Source of the DNA: Trichoplax adhaerens
Taxonomy: Eukaryota; Animalia; Placozoa
Reading direction: 5' to 3'
Length of the DNA stretch: 64,000 bases
Assembly: GCF_000150275.1 (NCBI RefSeq)
Contig: NW_002060945.1
Coordinates: 7,442,643-7,506,642 of the forward strand
In this document: piece after piece, positions 1 through 12,300 of the stretch
How positions within the stretch are numbered: position 1 is the first letter of the stretch
Layout: the number at the start of each line of letters is the position of its first letter
Made by a program: the position numbers and the translations under genes
The notes under the pieces: generated by a model
The model's database searches: none
What the model saw: only the letters and a program-made list of their open reading frames with translations
What the model was told of the DNA's origin: nothing

Positions 1-1441
1 ATGTGCAAACCTTGATAATAATTCTAGTGATTCCTCTTTACTTGTTATCAGTGATTCTTGGCTCTATTTGAGATAAATATTATTTGAGTAACAAAATGTT
101 TGATTCTAATACTTAATTTCTCTATTGACGGACTGTTGTGTACGCATCTATCATACCCAATACTAATGCTAGGTTAGCACCAATTTCGAATCAAATTCTA
201 TTTTGAGAAGTTAATGAACTAAATGTATACCTTATTTATAATTTGATTCTGTAGCATTTCAACCATATCATTTAGCGCCGATATCTGCAAATTTGATAGT
301 TCTATCGTATCTTGTAATCTTTCATTTTCCATAGTAAGTCGCTGCAAAATTAGCAATGTATTCATTTATCTTCTGAATTTGTCAATAAATAGAATTAACA
401 TTCTGCATTTTATTTTTACTATTTAACATATTTCACTTCTATTTGTTGTTATTTTGACCAAGTTATGAACATAGAATGACCAACTTTATTTTTATCCTGT
501 TCTTCAGTTGCTTTTTCTTGCCAAGTTCTTTCCAGATTTCTGCTTATATCATTACCGATGTACGCTCGCAGTCGGGTAATTTCATTTTGCAATGTTTGTT
601 GATTTTGGTATTCATTCCTAAATTTTCAAATGTTATTCAGTGTACTATGGCTACTGGTATACATCAATTACGTTAATCTCCTAGATGAGAATTTTAACTA
701 ATTTTAAGGTGAACCTTAATTTTTGCTCCAACTGGTGTCTTTCTGTTTCGACAATTATCTTATCTCTATTAGCATTTTGCTCCAAGATTCTCTTTTCCTT
801 TTCAGTTTCCGAGACTCTTTCTAGTGCTCGCATCCTTTCTTCATCTAATACAATTAGCCGCTCATTTAATTTTGCAAAATGGATAGTATTTTGATTTAAT
901 TTTGCCTGTTAAAAGATCGGAAAATAATAATTATAATTAGTGTACAACTGTATATAATAAAGTGGTTTCTGATAAAGATATCTCCTAATCGATGTGTCTA
1001 TTTTGTACTAAAAGTTTTAAGGTAATAGCTGTTACTGCGAATGGGTTTAGCTTTAATTGGAAATAATTTCTACTTCTCGTTACGTGATAATAAACTACTG
1101 TATTTTAAGGATAATTTATCTTTATCAACAATACAGATAAAAGGCTGTATCACTGAATCCTCTATGCATATTATAGAGGAGGAGAAAATATTGACGATGA
1201 GAGGACTGTAACATGTAGCGGAGATTATTGCTCGATTAACCTCTAAATCAGATATTTTCAGTTGATAGTCATTCTTGTCTTTTTCTCTTGATTGGCAATC
1301 ATTGATTTCTTCCTGTATCGATTCCAATTTAGAATTAGAGCGATCGTTGTCAACATTGAATTTTGATGGCGGCCAAAGGAGACTCTCCGTCATATAGGAG
1401 TCTTTTTCAAAAAATTCTGGCGGTTTGGGACTAGTCGTCAT
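1..1441 (-). CDS. CCHCR1: Coiled-coil alpha-helical rod protein 1 (CCHCR1/HCR)-like, 5' part; continues past the left edge
   Basis: Hand-spliced exons 1441-1241, 905-715, 617-485, 341-231 and one ending near 11, with GT-AG and consistent phases. Peptides LLWPPSKFN and ITRLRAYIGNDISRNLERTWQEKATEEQDKNKRLTMENERLQDTIELSNLQISALNDMVEMLQNQIINK resemble, from memory, human CCHCR1 LIPPSHFQ and [48 protein letters not shown]. Confidence 0.65.
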
Positions 1442-1833
1442 GGTTTTACAGCTTATTTTACCTTCTTGAAAGTATTTAATTTATAGATTACGCCATAACT
1501 TGTCAATTTTGTCTTTTAAGAATTGTTGAAATAAGTTCCATTAGTTCATAACCCGCCATATCGTTAACCGCTTGCGATAGTGAACTAACCAAGGTAAGTA
1601 ACAACTTTCGACTGGAAAGGAATACGTGTACGAGACCCTGTCCTGGATGAGCTATGATCAGAAAGGATGGCACCGCCTATACGGTTGCTATAGAAACAAC
1701 GGCGATTGACAAGGAAATGAATGAAGGAATGCAAGCAATTGCGCAGTACTATGTGCCATACGGTAGTGCCTAGCCCAGTGTAAATGGACAGACAGACATC
1801 CTCAGTCGATGCATAAAGCAAAAAAGGGAAGGC

Positions 1834-1933
1834 GACTCGTATTTTGCTAGCAATTGATACTTTTTATATTCAGCCATTTTCTTAGACTCGTATTTTGCCA
1901 GCAATTGATACTCTTTATTCAGCCATTTTCTTA
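1834..1933. repeat. Two-copy ~51 bp tandem duplication
   Basis: gactcgtattttgc(t/c)agcaattgatac...ttcagccattttctta starts at 1834 and again at 1885. Confidence 0.8.
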
Positions 1934-2220
1934 TACTGTATGGCATACATCAGGCTATAGGCAGAGAGTGAGGAGAACGTGAAAGTGTGTATCGAAATCG
2001 CATATTCAGACTCCTGCATACAGTATAAATTCGCCTAACAGAACGATCCTGCTATTGCAGTCGTATACAGTATCTTCATTCCAGTCTCTTTATTATAAAG
2101 AGGACGCGATTTGCTCCTCTCTGAGTAGTCCTATATCATTTTACATAACATTCTTGCAATAGAATATAGTCTACAGTATATAACCTATATATCTCTCTTT
2201 ATATGCTATATATATATAGT

Positions 2221-2941
2221 GCAGCAAAGAATTTCATGCCAAAATGATTGCATATCATACAGTACGGTTAACTGCAATATATTTCAGCTAACCTGACGTC
2301 ATTATAGAGATGTCTACTACTGTGCAGCAAAGAATTTCATGCCAAAATGATTGCATATCATACAGTACGGTTAACTGCAATATATTTCAGCTAACCTGAC
2401 GTCATTATAGAGATGTCTACTACTGTGCAGCAAAGAATTTCATGCCAAAATGATTGCATATCATACAGTACGGTTAACTGCAATATATTTCAGCTAACCT
2501 GACGTCATTATAGAGATGTCTACTACTGTGCAGCAAAGAATTTCATGCCAAAATGATTGCATATCATACAGTACGGTTAACTGCAATATATTTCAGCTAA
2601 CCTGACGTCATTATAGAGATGTCTACTACTGTGCAGCAAAGAATTTCATGCCAAAATGATTGCATATCATACAGTACGGTTAACTGCAATATATTTCAGC
2701 TAACCTGACGTCATTATAGAGATGTCTACTGCTGTACAGCAAAGAATTTCATGCCAAAATGATTGCATATCATATAGTACGGTTAACTGCAATATATTTC
2801 AGCTAACCTGACGTCATTATAGAGATGTCTACTACTGTGCAGCAAAGAATTTCATGCCAAAATGATTGCATATCATACAGTACGGTTAACTGCAATATAT
2901 TTCAGCTAACCTGACGTCATTATAGAGATCTCTACTACTGT
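2221..2941. repeat. Minisatellite, 7 x 103 bp near-identical head-to-tail units, each containing TGACGTCA
   Basis: Unit gcagcaaagaatttcatgcc...tgtctactactgt starts at 2221, 2324, 2427, 2530, 2633, 2736 and 2839. Only a few substitutions, in the last units. No spacers. Confidence 0.97.
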
Positions 2942-3336
2942 ATAAAAAGAAAGAGAAAGACCAGAAATGGTCTTACAATATGCTACAATTTGGAGACTGA
3001 CTATTTTACAGTTTCTTCTAACTACAATAACGTGTGCCTACAACGAATAAGCTCGCTATATGCAATTAGATGCAGTCGATGGTTGCCGTCTAAATTAGCG
3101 GCTAGATTGGTTTTGTACAGTATGATTGACCATTTCAGTGATACCGTAGAGTAGAATGACCAGAAAGATGATAGTCCTGGTTATTATTTTGCGCTGAAGG
3201 GCCAGTTATCGTCTCGCTCTCTTACCTACTACTCATATAGTAGTCAAGGTTGCAGTGTTTGTATACAACTACTGTAATGCCACGCTATTAGTAAACTGTT
3301 ATTAAGGATTCTAGTGTGACACCATCAACTGGTACG

Positions 3337-3630
3337 TACTGAACTGAACCGAACTGCACTGAACTGAACTGCACTGAACTGAACTGCACTGAACTGAACT
3401 GCATCGAACTGCACCATACTGAACTGAACTGAACTGAACTGCACCATACTGAACTGAACCGAACTGAACTGAACTGAACTAAACTAAACCGAACTGAATG
3501 GAACTGCACCTTACTGAACTGAACCGGACTAAGCCGTGCTGAACCGGACCAGCCTGAACTGTGCCGAACCGAACTGTACTGACCTGCACCGTGTCGTACT
3601 GTAACGCGCCAGACTATACCGTACCGTACC
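3337..3630. repeat. Degenerate pentanucleotide microsatellite (ACTGA)n with ACTGC/ACCGA variants
   Basis: Runs such as actgaactgaactgcactgaactgaact; this explains the spurious SSVQF-repeat ORF 3288..3725. Confidence 0.9.
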
Positions 3631-3942
3631 CGTCGTCTCTCATCATACTGTAGAATAGAGTGGAGTCGAGCGTCGAGCGTGTTGAGGTCGTTGAAATGCC
3701 CAAATACACTAGTCAGCCTGATCATTTTTCAGTCATTCTACTGTACTCTACCACTCCAACCGTATACTATACTGCCTTCTGAAGAAGAGACACTGGTACG
3801 CATGCGTGAGATCTTCAAACAAGGGACAGAGTCGACAGACATGCTCAGCAGATACTGAGTACGGAACGCATTTCCAACAGACTGTTTTCACCAAGCTTTT
3901 ACTCCATTGCACACGTTCAACGTTGGCCTTGAATTAATCGAC

Positions 3943-6485
3943 ATGTCTACCGATGCTTTACCTTATTTTGATCGAGAGTATGAAGATGCATACATTAAAG
4001 AGATGGTAAGTTTAAAGGCTAAATGAGTATACTATCAATGCTACAAATGAGAATATTCTGTCTAGTGTTGGGAAGCAGTGATGTCCACGTTCATAGGATA
4101 CTGAAATTGATGATCGGCTTGTATTTTCTGCATGAAAACGACTGACGATCTTGCCTAGAAATCAATTCTTCATGCTTGAACGACAGACAATTGAAATTCC
4201 ATATTAGACTTTCGTAATCAATATCAGTTATCTAGTTCATTCCATTGGCGATACATATCGTAGTCAATAGGATGTGAAACGATTGTCAAAGTGGATCATT
4301 GAAACACTGACAGTAGATTTTGTGTTAGAAATTTGCGACAATTTGTAATCTCTCTTATAAGTAGTGCGTTAATAAGACGGATGAAATCGTTCACACGCTG
4401 AGAATTAGCTTTAGAAAGTTAACGACAACGATGTTGAAGTTTGAATAATTGACATTAATTTACAATGGATGTAGTCTGCGTGGAATAGAAATAGTTCTTA
4501 ATCCATGAGCAATGATGAACATATCGTTTTCAAATGATTTATATTATGCTTTTATTATCGTGCAGGTACACCATCTACTTGAAGAAGAAACGAAACGTTT
4601 TCGACCTTCTAAGAAATATTTAGAGAATTTACCACCACCGAATGATAGCGCCTTCGTAGTAAGTTTCTACGGTTATTTTTGAATAGCTTCAAGCGAAATA
4701 TGGTTATATTAACGACGTGTTAGTAACTGAAACTGAAATACAACTACCTTGATGACGATTACAGTACAAGGCCTTTAGTGCTAAAATTTCACTGTAGTCA
4801 TGATTAACATGCGTAAAGTACTCAAAGTGTGACTATTGTCGAGCTTTCATGGATACTTATTCATCTCAGCAACATGATAATGTCATATTGTTAGCATTTG
4901 ACTAAGATAACTTGATAAATCTTGATATCCCTCAGTTTGATAATTGACCAATGCGTACTAGCTAATGGCGATAGATGTAATTTGTTCGTGCAGCAATGTT
5001 GCAGTATTAAGGCTATCCATGACATTCAGATATTACTCATTTCGTGATGTTAAAGCTCTACTAATGATAATGATATAAATGGATTAGACGCCTATTATGA
5101 AAAAAGAATTTGAAAGAATAGCTGCTAATCAACCCATGGATCTTCTCAGTATGAAAAGGTATTAATATTATACGAATATGTTCTTAATAATAACTAATAC
5201 ACTGAACAATGGCTACTAGAACTTGCAAACTACTAGCCAATTATATGGTAGTGATCAAGCATAAAACTCTTGAAAATTATTGACAAGCGTATAGCTTATA
5301 CAAAATGATGGTTTATTGTGGTTGTTTTAATCTTTTCCTACACTCTTATTAGGTACGAGTTGCCTCCTCCTCCCGTAACTCAAAGAAATGACCCGCATGC
5401 TTGGAAAGAATGTGTAGATAATTCTTCGGCGCAACTAGAGCACCAGGCTGTTAGGTATTTTATGGCCTCAGTAGTAGTATAAATTTATTCAATCGTATTA
5501 TAAGCCAAGGATATTTTAATGTTTTGATAGATCTTATGTTTAGATGTAACTTTACTTCGATAGTGCACTTTTTGTTGGTATATTAGCTAGTCTTCACTCA
5601 TTGACTATATGATGGAATTTTTTATTGTTTCAGGATTATTAATTTACAACTATTGACAAAATATGGCTCTAATTCATGGCGGGTCTATATAGAGTAATAA
5701 TCTGACGTTAAAGTTTATATAATCTGACATCATCGATAGCGTTACATGACTAAGGCTTGCTGTATCTTACTTGTCTGTGATGTAGATTACTAAATGAAAT
5801 GCTAACTAACCAAAGAAAAGAAGTGCAAGGATTAACGTAAGCGTAATTTGTTATTTGTCGGCTATTTTCTTCTCTATTACATTCTCAGCAATGAGTGGTG
5901 GTAATATTTTTCAAGTTATCGATAAGTTTGTGGTACCTTATTCACGTTATGGAAAAAATTTCTGATTCTTTTATTGTACAGGAGAAAAATTCAAGAAATT
6001 AATTGGCAAAGAAAGAACGAGCAGGTAGCGTAAATACAGTAATTTATACTTTCGCATAGGTATTTGCGAAATGAATTTTATATTTATCTATCGTCTGCTA
6101 TACACATAGACAAACTGTGGAAGTGAATTGGCTAACTTAGAAGCTAGGTAAGTGAATTCAGAGTACAGTTTATTGCTGCTGAAAATAAAATATAATTCTA
6201 ATGGTTATATATGAGCAACCAGCGTCATACAGTTTCATGGTATAGACAAGGTTTTATTGATGTTTTAGGTTTGAGGCTAAATACGTTATTTAAGAGCAAA
6301 CTTATACTACATTTCTGTTCTTTTACTTCATAATATTCTTACATGTATTATATAATTACAGCTGGTTTGCTATGGTGCGAAAAAATTACGATATTGAGCA
6401 AGCATGCTTGGAACTCGAAGCCCAAATTGACGCTTCTAGCAAGGAAATGGGCACTAGGTATGTTGATAGTCCAGTATTGACGTAA
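3943..6485 (+). CDS. BCAS2: Pre-mRNA-splicing factor SPF27 / BCAS2 (Prp19 complex subunit), about 9 coding exons
   Basis: Exons 3943-4005, 4566-4658, 5088-5158, 5353-5454, then exons starting at ~5634, ~5786, ~5982, ~6110 and ~6362. They splice to [119 protein letters not shown], matching SPF27 motifs. The last exon or stop could differ if a donor just after the Thr-Arg codons near 6458 is used. Confidence 0.95.
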
Positions 6486-7842
6486 TATTGTTTAACTTCT
6501 GAAGTATTTTCATAATCTTCTTAGTGCACAGAACGGGAATAACGTCAATATTCAAGAAGAAAGTTAGCGTCTCATTGCCATCTGTAATATTCTGTAAATT
6601 TTTATTGTAACTACCCATAATATAACAATTTTCTATTTCCTGAAGTACATTTAGCATTCATGTTAAATACTCAATTTCTACTAATATCTGTAGAATTACT
6701 GTTTTACATGAATACATCGGATGGATATTACCTAATTATTTGTTATGAAATTGCTGTAGAAGCATCCCAGAAGGCAAGCTTCTGGGATCTCCCAGTAAAT
6801 ATCTCCGCATATAAAATGATTATTACTAGTTTGTTGCAGACAGTTATATTGTCTTTCATTTTTAGTACCAACCATAAATTTTTCTAAGCTTACACGTATT
6901 AGTGATGTTTTGACACTTAGAATAGTTAGTCTAGCATAGTGAAGCGTTCGTGTCGTTGTTACTTCTAGCCATCTGATGGTACTTACCTGTGATTTTTAAT
7001 TTTTGTGTTGCTTTTTTTTTACGTTATGAGGTTGCACAATCGTACCTGTACTATGAAGATTTTGTATTATATGTACCTTATCGCGTATATCATCTTAATT
7101 ATACAGTAATACATATTATTCATTTAGTACGGTGTACTAGGCCACTTTCTGGCTATTTTATTATTTTTAAAACCATGTGAATGCTTATCCGTGATTCGAA
7201 GATATATGGTTCTTGTGGTATATTGATCTCATATGAATACGTAAGAGTGCCGACGTCATAATGAATGCGAATAGGGTCGATGATGGTTCGTCGGGTTAGC
7301 CCTGATTACTTCTACTTGAAAATAAAAACTGTTAATAATCTCTGTTGTTAAATTTAAAATTTTTAATGTTTTTTAATACATTACATGAGTGAAAAGCAAG
7401 AATGTGTTATATACGCATAAGTATTATTAGGTTTTGCATACAAAATATTAATAAATGAGCCCGAGATTTACACAAGGCGTTATATTATAGCATTTCTAAC
7501 CAAAAGGCAAAGCTAAATTCAGTTTACAATTACTGTTTGATAACAATGACCTTCCCAAATGAGTAACACATAAACTTAGAGGAGAATTTACAATTGGGCA
7601 ATTTATAATCTAATATTACACCTTATCTAACCGCCAACCGTAACTATAGCAACACAAGTTATTAATATTAAATTCATACGCGGAACAGGAGGCAGTATTC
7701 CAATCATTATATACGCTCTTGGCTAATAATTTTTCATAGTATGATCTCTCTAGTACCGTAAATATTGCCTTTACAATATAGCAATCTGTAAACATCGATA
7801 TACCCACTAAATACGTTTTTGTTACCATCTATAAAAAAATGT

Positions 7843-8976
7843 TTAGTTGCCAAACGCTTTAGAAATCCTGTCGGGTTGCAAATCAGTGCTTAAGCTGATT
7901 TTCATAAACTTACTGCTGGAATATTTGGTTCTTACAGCCTATGAGTTAAAGCAGAACTAGCGATTAATAAGTGTCTTTTGTCTAGAAGTATATTAGATAG
8001 ACATTAAGCTGTGATGTAAGCGATAAAGTGCAGGAAGAAATTTTTAGTAGTATTAACCTGATATTTGGATGTAGCTGATTTAGATACTATATTAACAATT
8101 TTTCGAGCAATTGGATATAGCTTTTCTTCTGTATAACCGCTGTAGTGTTGTAAAGTTGCGTTCCATTCGAATTGATTACAAATTTTAACAGCTAGTAAAA
8201 GAGATGCACTGGCAATTTCTGAGGGTAAAAGAGAGACCATATCGTATTCTGGTAAGCATAATTCCATGAAATACTTCGCCATGGTGTGGTGTTGGCTATC
8301 GACCTAAAGGAATTGTAAATATATCGTATACTGTATAAGTGCTATGGAACAATATGAGCACATAAGCTATAATTTTATAATTATCAAATAAGTTCATTAG
8401 AAAAATTTGTTAGCTTCTTCAAGGACTACCTAATTTGAATATTTTGGGACTAAGCTTTACGCTCTAAATTTAATTATAGCAATTTTAAAGATAACTTACA
8501 TTTCCAGCTTTTGAATTACGCCGAAGAAAGTGTAAACTCAGAGGGTTTCCTAAGTTGAAATTTAATGTTTTCAACATAGTCACCTCCATGTCTAATATTT
8601 CATTTTTGGTGTAAGCATTGTCTGTTATATACACAAAATCTGCCACTTCTGGTGCGTAAATTTCTTCATATTTTGAAGCTATTAACATAGCAGTTACACC
8701 GACCAATTGTAGTTTACTTCGATGAATTGATTGGGTCTAAAACGATTTTTAACCAGACAAATAATTAAGTCAAGACGTATTATTATGATCGGATAATTTA
8801 CAACGCTAATACAACAGTTCCAGCAATGAAATTTGCTTGTATGCCACAAATACACAAGGTAATTATATACAAACAAAACTCGATTATTAAAGCCTAAAGC
8901 TCTAATCAACTTACCTGTAAAAAGCGGTCAATAATATTGACGGTCAAGTAGAGAGTCTCTGTAGGAGGTGAAATCT
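7843..8976 (-). CDS. CCNB: G2/mitotic-specific cyclin B, 3' half; N-terminal exons fall in the assembly gap
   Basis: Exons 8976-8915, 8736-8500, 8303-8058 and 7938-7843 give [96 protein letters not shown]. FLRRxSK is the B-type cyclin signature. Confidence 0.95.
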
Positions 8977-9026
8977 NNNNNNNNNNNNNNNNNNNNNNNN
9001 NNNNNNNNNNNNNNNNNNNNNNNNNN
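8977..9026. other. Assembly gap (50 N)
   Basis: Run of 50 N. The real gap must be longer, because the cyclin B N-terminal half is missing. Confidence 0.99.
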
Positions 9027-9317
9027 CATATAAATAGTCAAGTGTCAACCAGATAGTATGCAGAATATGAAGGCAGACATGAATCTATCCTACTTTGGGT
9101 GTGATTTCTAACTTCCAGCCAGTCAGTAAAGTTTGTATGGACTGCAGGAGTCATTTCAGTATATAGATTGGTCGAGTTGGAGATGAATGGATGACTGCAC
9201 TCACTCTGGTATCATTGGAGGTGTACAATTGAAAAGTTGACGTTTTTTTTAAATTCGGCGACGCATCCTTGGCTGGCATTTGATTGGCTAGTTTGTCTCA
9301 GTGTCGTAACCGACCAC

Positions 9318-9390
9318 CAGTACGGTACAGTACAGTACAAGTTGAAAAGTACTGTAGCAGTACAGTACAGTACAGTACTGTACTGTACTG
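9318..9390. repeat. (CAGTA)n/(TACTG)n pentamer microsatellite
   Basis: cagtacagtacagtac..tactgtactgtactg; scattered copies also near 9800-9870. Confidence 0.8.
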
Positions 9391-12300
9391 CATTTGTTGG
9401 ACGGTAAAATGCGCTGTAATACTGTAGCGAATTTACTGTTACACGATACAAACTTGTCATTATAACGCGTTGTAAGTGTGAACGGCATACAGTACGTCTA
9501 TGTACACAGTACTGTATAGAGAACATAGACAATAAAGAGAGAATAGGACTTAGTGATAGTTTTAAAATAACTTCAACTATGTGTACAATCTCTTGTCTCC
9601 CATACTAATTGAGAGTAGTAAGAACCTTCAATACAGTTGTTAGTATTAATTCTACAGAGTAATATAATACACTGTGTAATCAATCAAAATTCCCCCTTGC
9701 ATAAAGGCTGTCACCCACGCGCTAGAAAGACAAGACAAACCCTTATTCCCTCTCTACGACAAGGGTGACAATTTGGATACACGTACACAATAAATGGACA
9801 GTATAGTACAGTACAGTACCGTCCATAAAATGTCGTCAACACTGTACACTGTACAGCAAGTACTGTACACTCTGCGTTTTGTAGGTCTGTTTACTAACTT
9901 ACTGCTAACTAATTGAAATGAATTAATTAATTAAATTAAGCAGAAATGATAAAAAGTTTCAACGTGATATTACTTTATTTAGAAAATATTAGTCAATTCA
10001 AACTCGACCGTCTACTTGCTAAAGTACTTAAATTTTCTCAAATGTCAATGTTTTTAATAATACCGTACACAGAGTACGGGCAGTAATGTCAATGCTGTCT
10101 GTCTGATTATCAAAATCATGGACAGTTGAAGCAATTCTCCTCCTTCAGTATTGCCATAACGAAGAGAGTCATCAGTCTACGTACAGTAGGTCTTCTTCGT
10201 CTACAGTAATCCATGACTATAGTCAATTCATTAAGGTTAAGGTAGTCCTTGGTCAAGACCTTCGATCGTAATTAGTGGTGCATACTGTCCGCGTTCATAG
10301 AATTACTATATGACCGTTCGTAGACGGTTTAACGGTGCTTTTTATTCAAATAAACGGTCTGCCCTTCGTCCACAATGTTGGGACCTTGAATTCCATGTAG
10401 AACAGTAGCTCTAGCAGGCTATTTCGTTTAATTGAATTTGAATACGGTCTACTGTATGTTTCTGTGTTGTTCATTTAAACTGTCAGGGTTAAATGCCCGT
10501 AGTCTTTGACTGTGGAAATTTTCACGTACCATCGCTGCAGTCCTAATTCTGTTAATGTATATACTGTAGATTCCGCTATGTTGTTTGTTGCAATGAACAG
10601 TATTTACTGTTAATAACTATAAAGCGAAAGAAAAACCACTTCACAGGATCTTATAATTAATCAAGTATTCTCCGTAATAAAAGATCAGAAAGTTGGTATA
10701 TTATTAAGCAACAGAATACAGTAGATCATCTCAGTGTGTGTTTAAAAAGTACGTCGCTGCACTATTTAAAAGAGATTGTATTATGAAAGCACATAAGATC
10801 TGAAACTAACGTTTTCCATAGTCAAATTTACATCAAAATAATATCTCTAAGGTATACTAATGCACAGATCTTCATTCGCCTTTTTTCGGTTAATGAATAA
10901 GCTAAACAACCAACTAATCATAATGCTTACTAAGCTAGCTGTGTCTACATAAAATCTGCAAACAAGAACTATCGTATACTATTCAATATCCAGACTGTAG
11001 ACCGATCCCAATCTATTTTACAGTCCAGTGTATAACACCCGTCAATTAGTGCAACTGCACAGCCAGCTCCAGCTTATTGTAAATACGCGTATAGCTGATC
11101 TTACGATACTAGAAATCATTCAGATCTCATCAATTACCCACATAAAAGTGAAATTTCTTCGAAAGAATGTACTTTCGACCTACTATAGGTAAGTATACTT
11201 GATCATCTATTAATAGCGATAGCTCTAGCTATTAGAGTAAGCTATCCAATTCCTAAATATCAAATGATGGTTAGTGCAAAAATGCTACTGTAAAAATAGT
11301 GCGGTAAATAGAATGCTAAACATAGCAAGAGGAGAATTATCGGTCGAAAATGCCGTATTATAAAATAAGTGAGTGGGTCATAGTAATTATGGTAATACTG
11401 TCATGGAATAGTAATCAGTCACATCTGAAAATTTCTTTTTCCATCGTTTGTAAAATATATCTTATTTGTTTGAACAGCATTTTAAATTTAAATTCAACAA
11501 AACTGAATTTTATATCTTTTAACCTACCTATCCGTCCATTACTTTTTAAAATATTACAAGCTATAACACTAATTTAAACGTTTGAACGTAATAATTTAGA
11601 CCTGATTCTAAAAATATTACAATATCACTACGGTACGGTAATTAACAACAAAGGCTAATCAATGATTAACAATATTTCGAGTGCAAAGAAAATTGAGTGG
11701 TGTTGGACAGTTAAGATTACAAGATCTAATATCTTTTCGATTAGACTACCAGGTTAATAACTATTTATGCTGTTCTACGTATGCTGGCAGTAAATACTAA
11801 CAAATGAAGTAGGTTTATTAATCCAGCATCACACCGCCTTTCACTTTGCTACACTCTTTCAGCTAGATCGGCGACAAACCCATATGATATGTGTGTTGCC
11901 TGGACAACCTTTCTAATATAAAAGTAGTAGATAGTTACACGACAGTCACTGACTTCCATAATTAGCTAAAATAATATAATGGACTAGTGATAGCTACTAG
12001 TATATGAAATGAAGTCATTGGGTTGATTCTATTTTCCCCCCAATAGATGGATAATCTAAGCAAGACTAAGCGAAATTTTAATAAGTTTACATAGCATCTT
12101 CTTCCGTATGCTATAAAAAAATTTGAAGGAAGTTGTTGTTATTCTCGTTGGTTCCTTACTATTGTTTCGATATGATTGTCTAAATTATTGCATCTTTTAT
12201 GAAGTTTGCAGAGGAAAGTCATGTATTATTTTGCTCATTTGTACTTATTTAAAATTTGAAGGTTGTTTTTCTCCTCTTCCATACTTTACCATTGCTTTTC

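Noticed and set aside
2221-2941. CRISPR-like array
   Set aside because: Units are contiguous and near-identical with no unique spacers, no cas genes, and a eukaryotic context.
3288-3725. 145-aa ORF with SSVQF repeats (also ORFs 9212..9532 and 9288..9488)
   Set aside because: These are translations of pentamer microsatellites.
8955-8976. Apparent 1-bp frameshift in cyclin B (CTA CAG AGA CTC instead of L-Q-E-T-L)
   Set aside because: It lies within about 20 bp of a contig end; most likely a low-quality base call, not a pseudogene.
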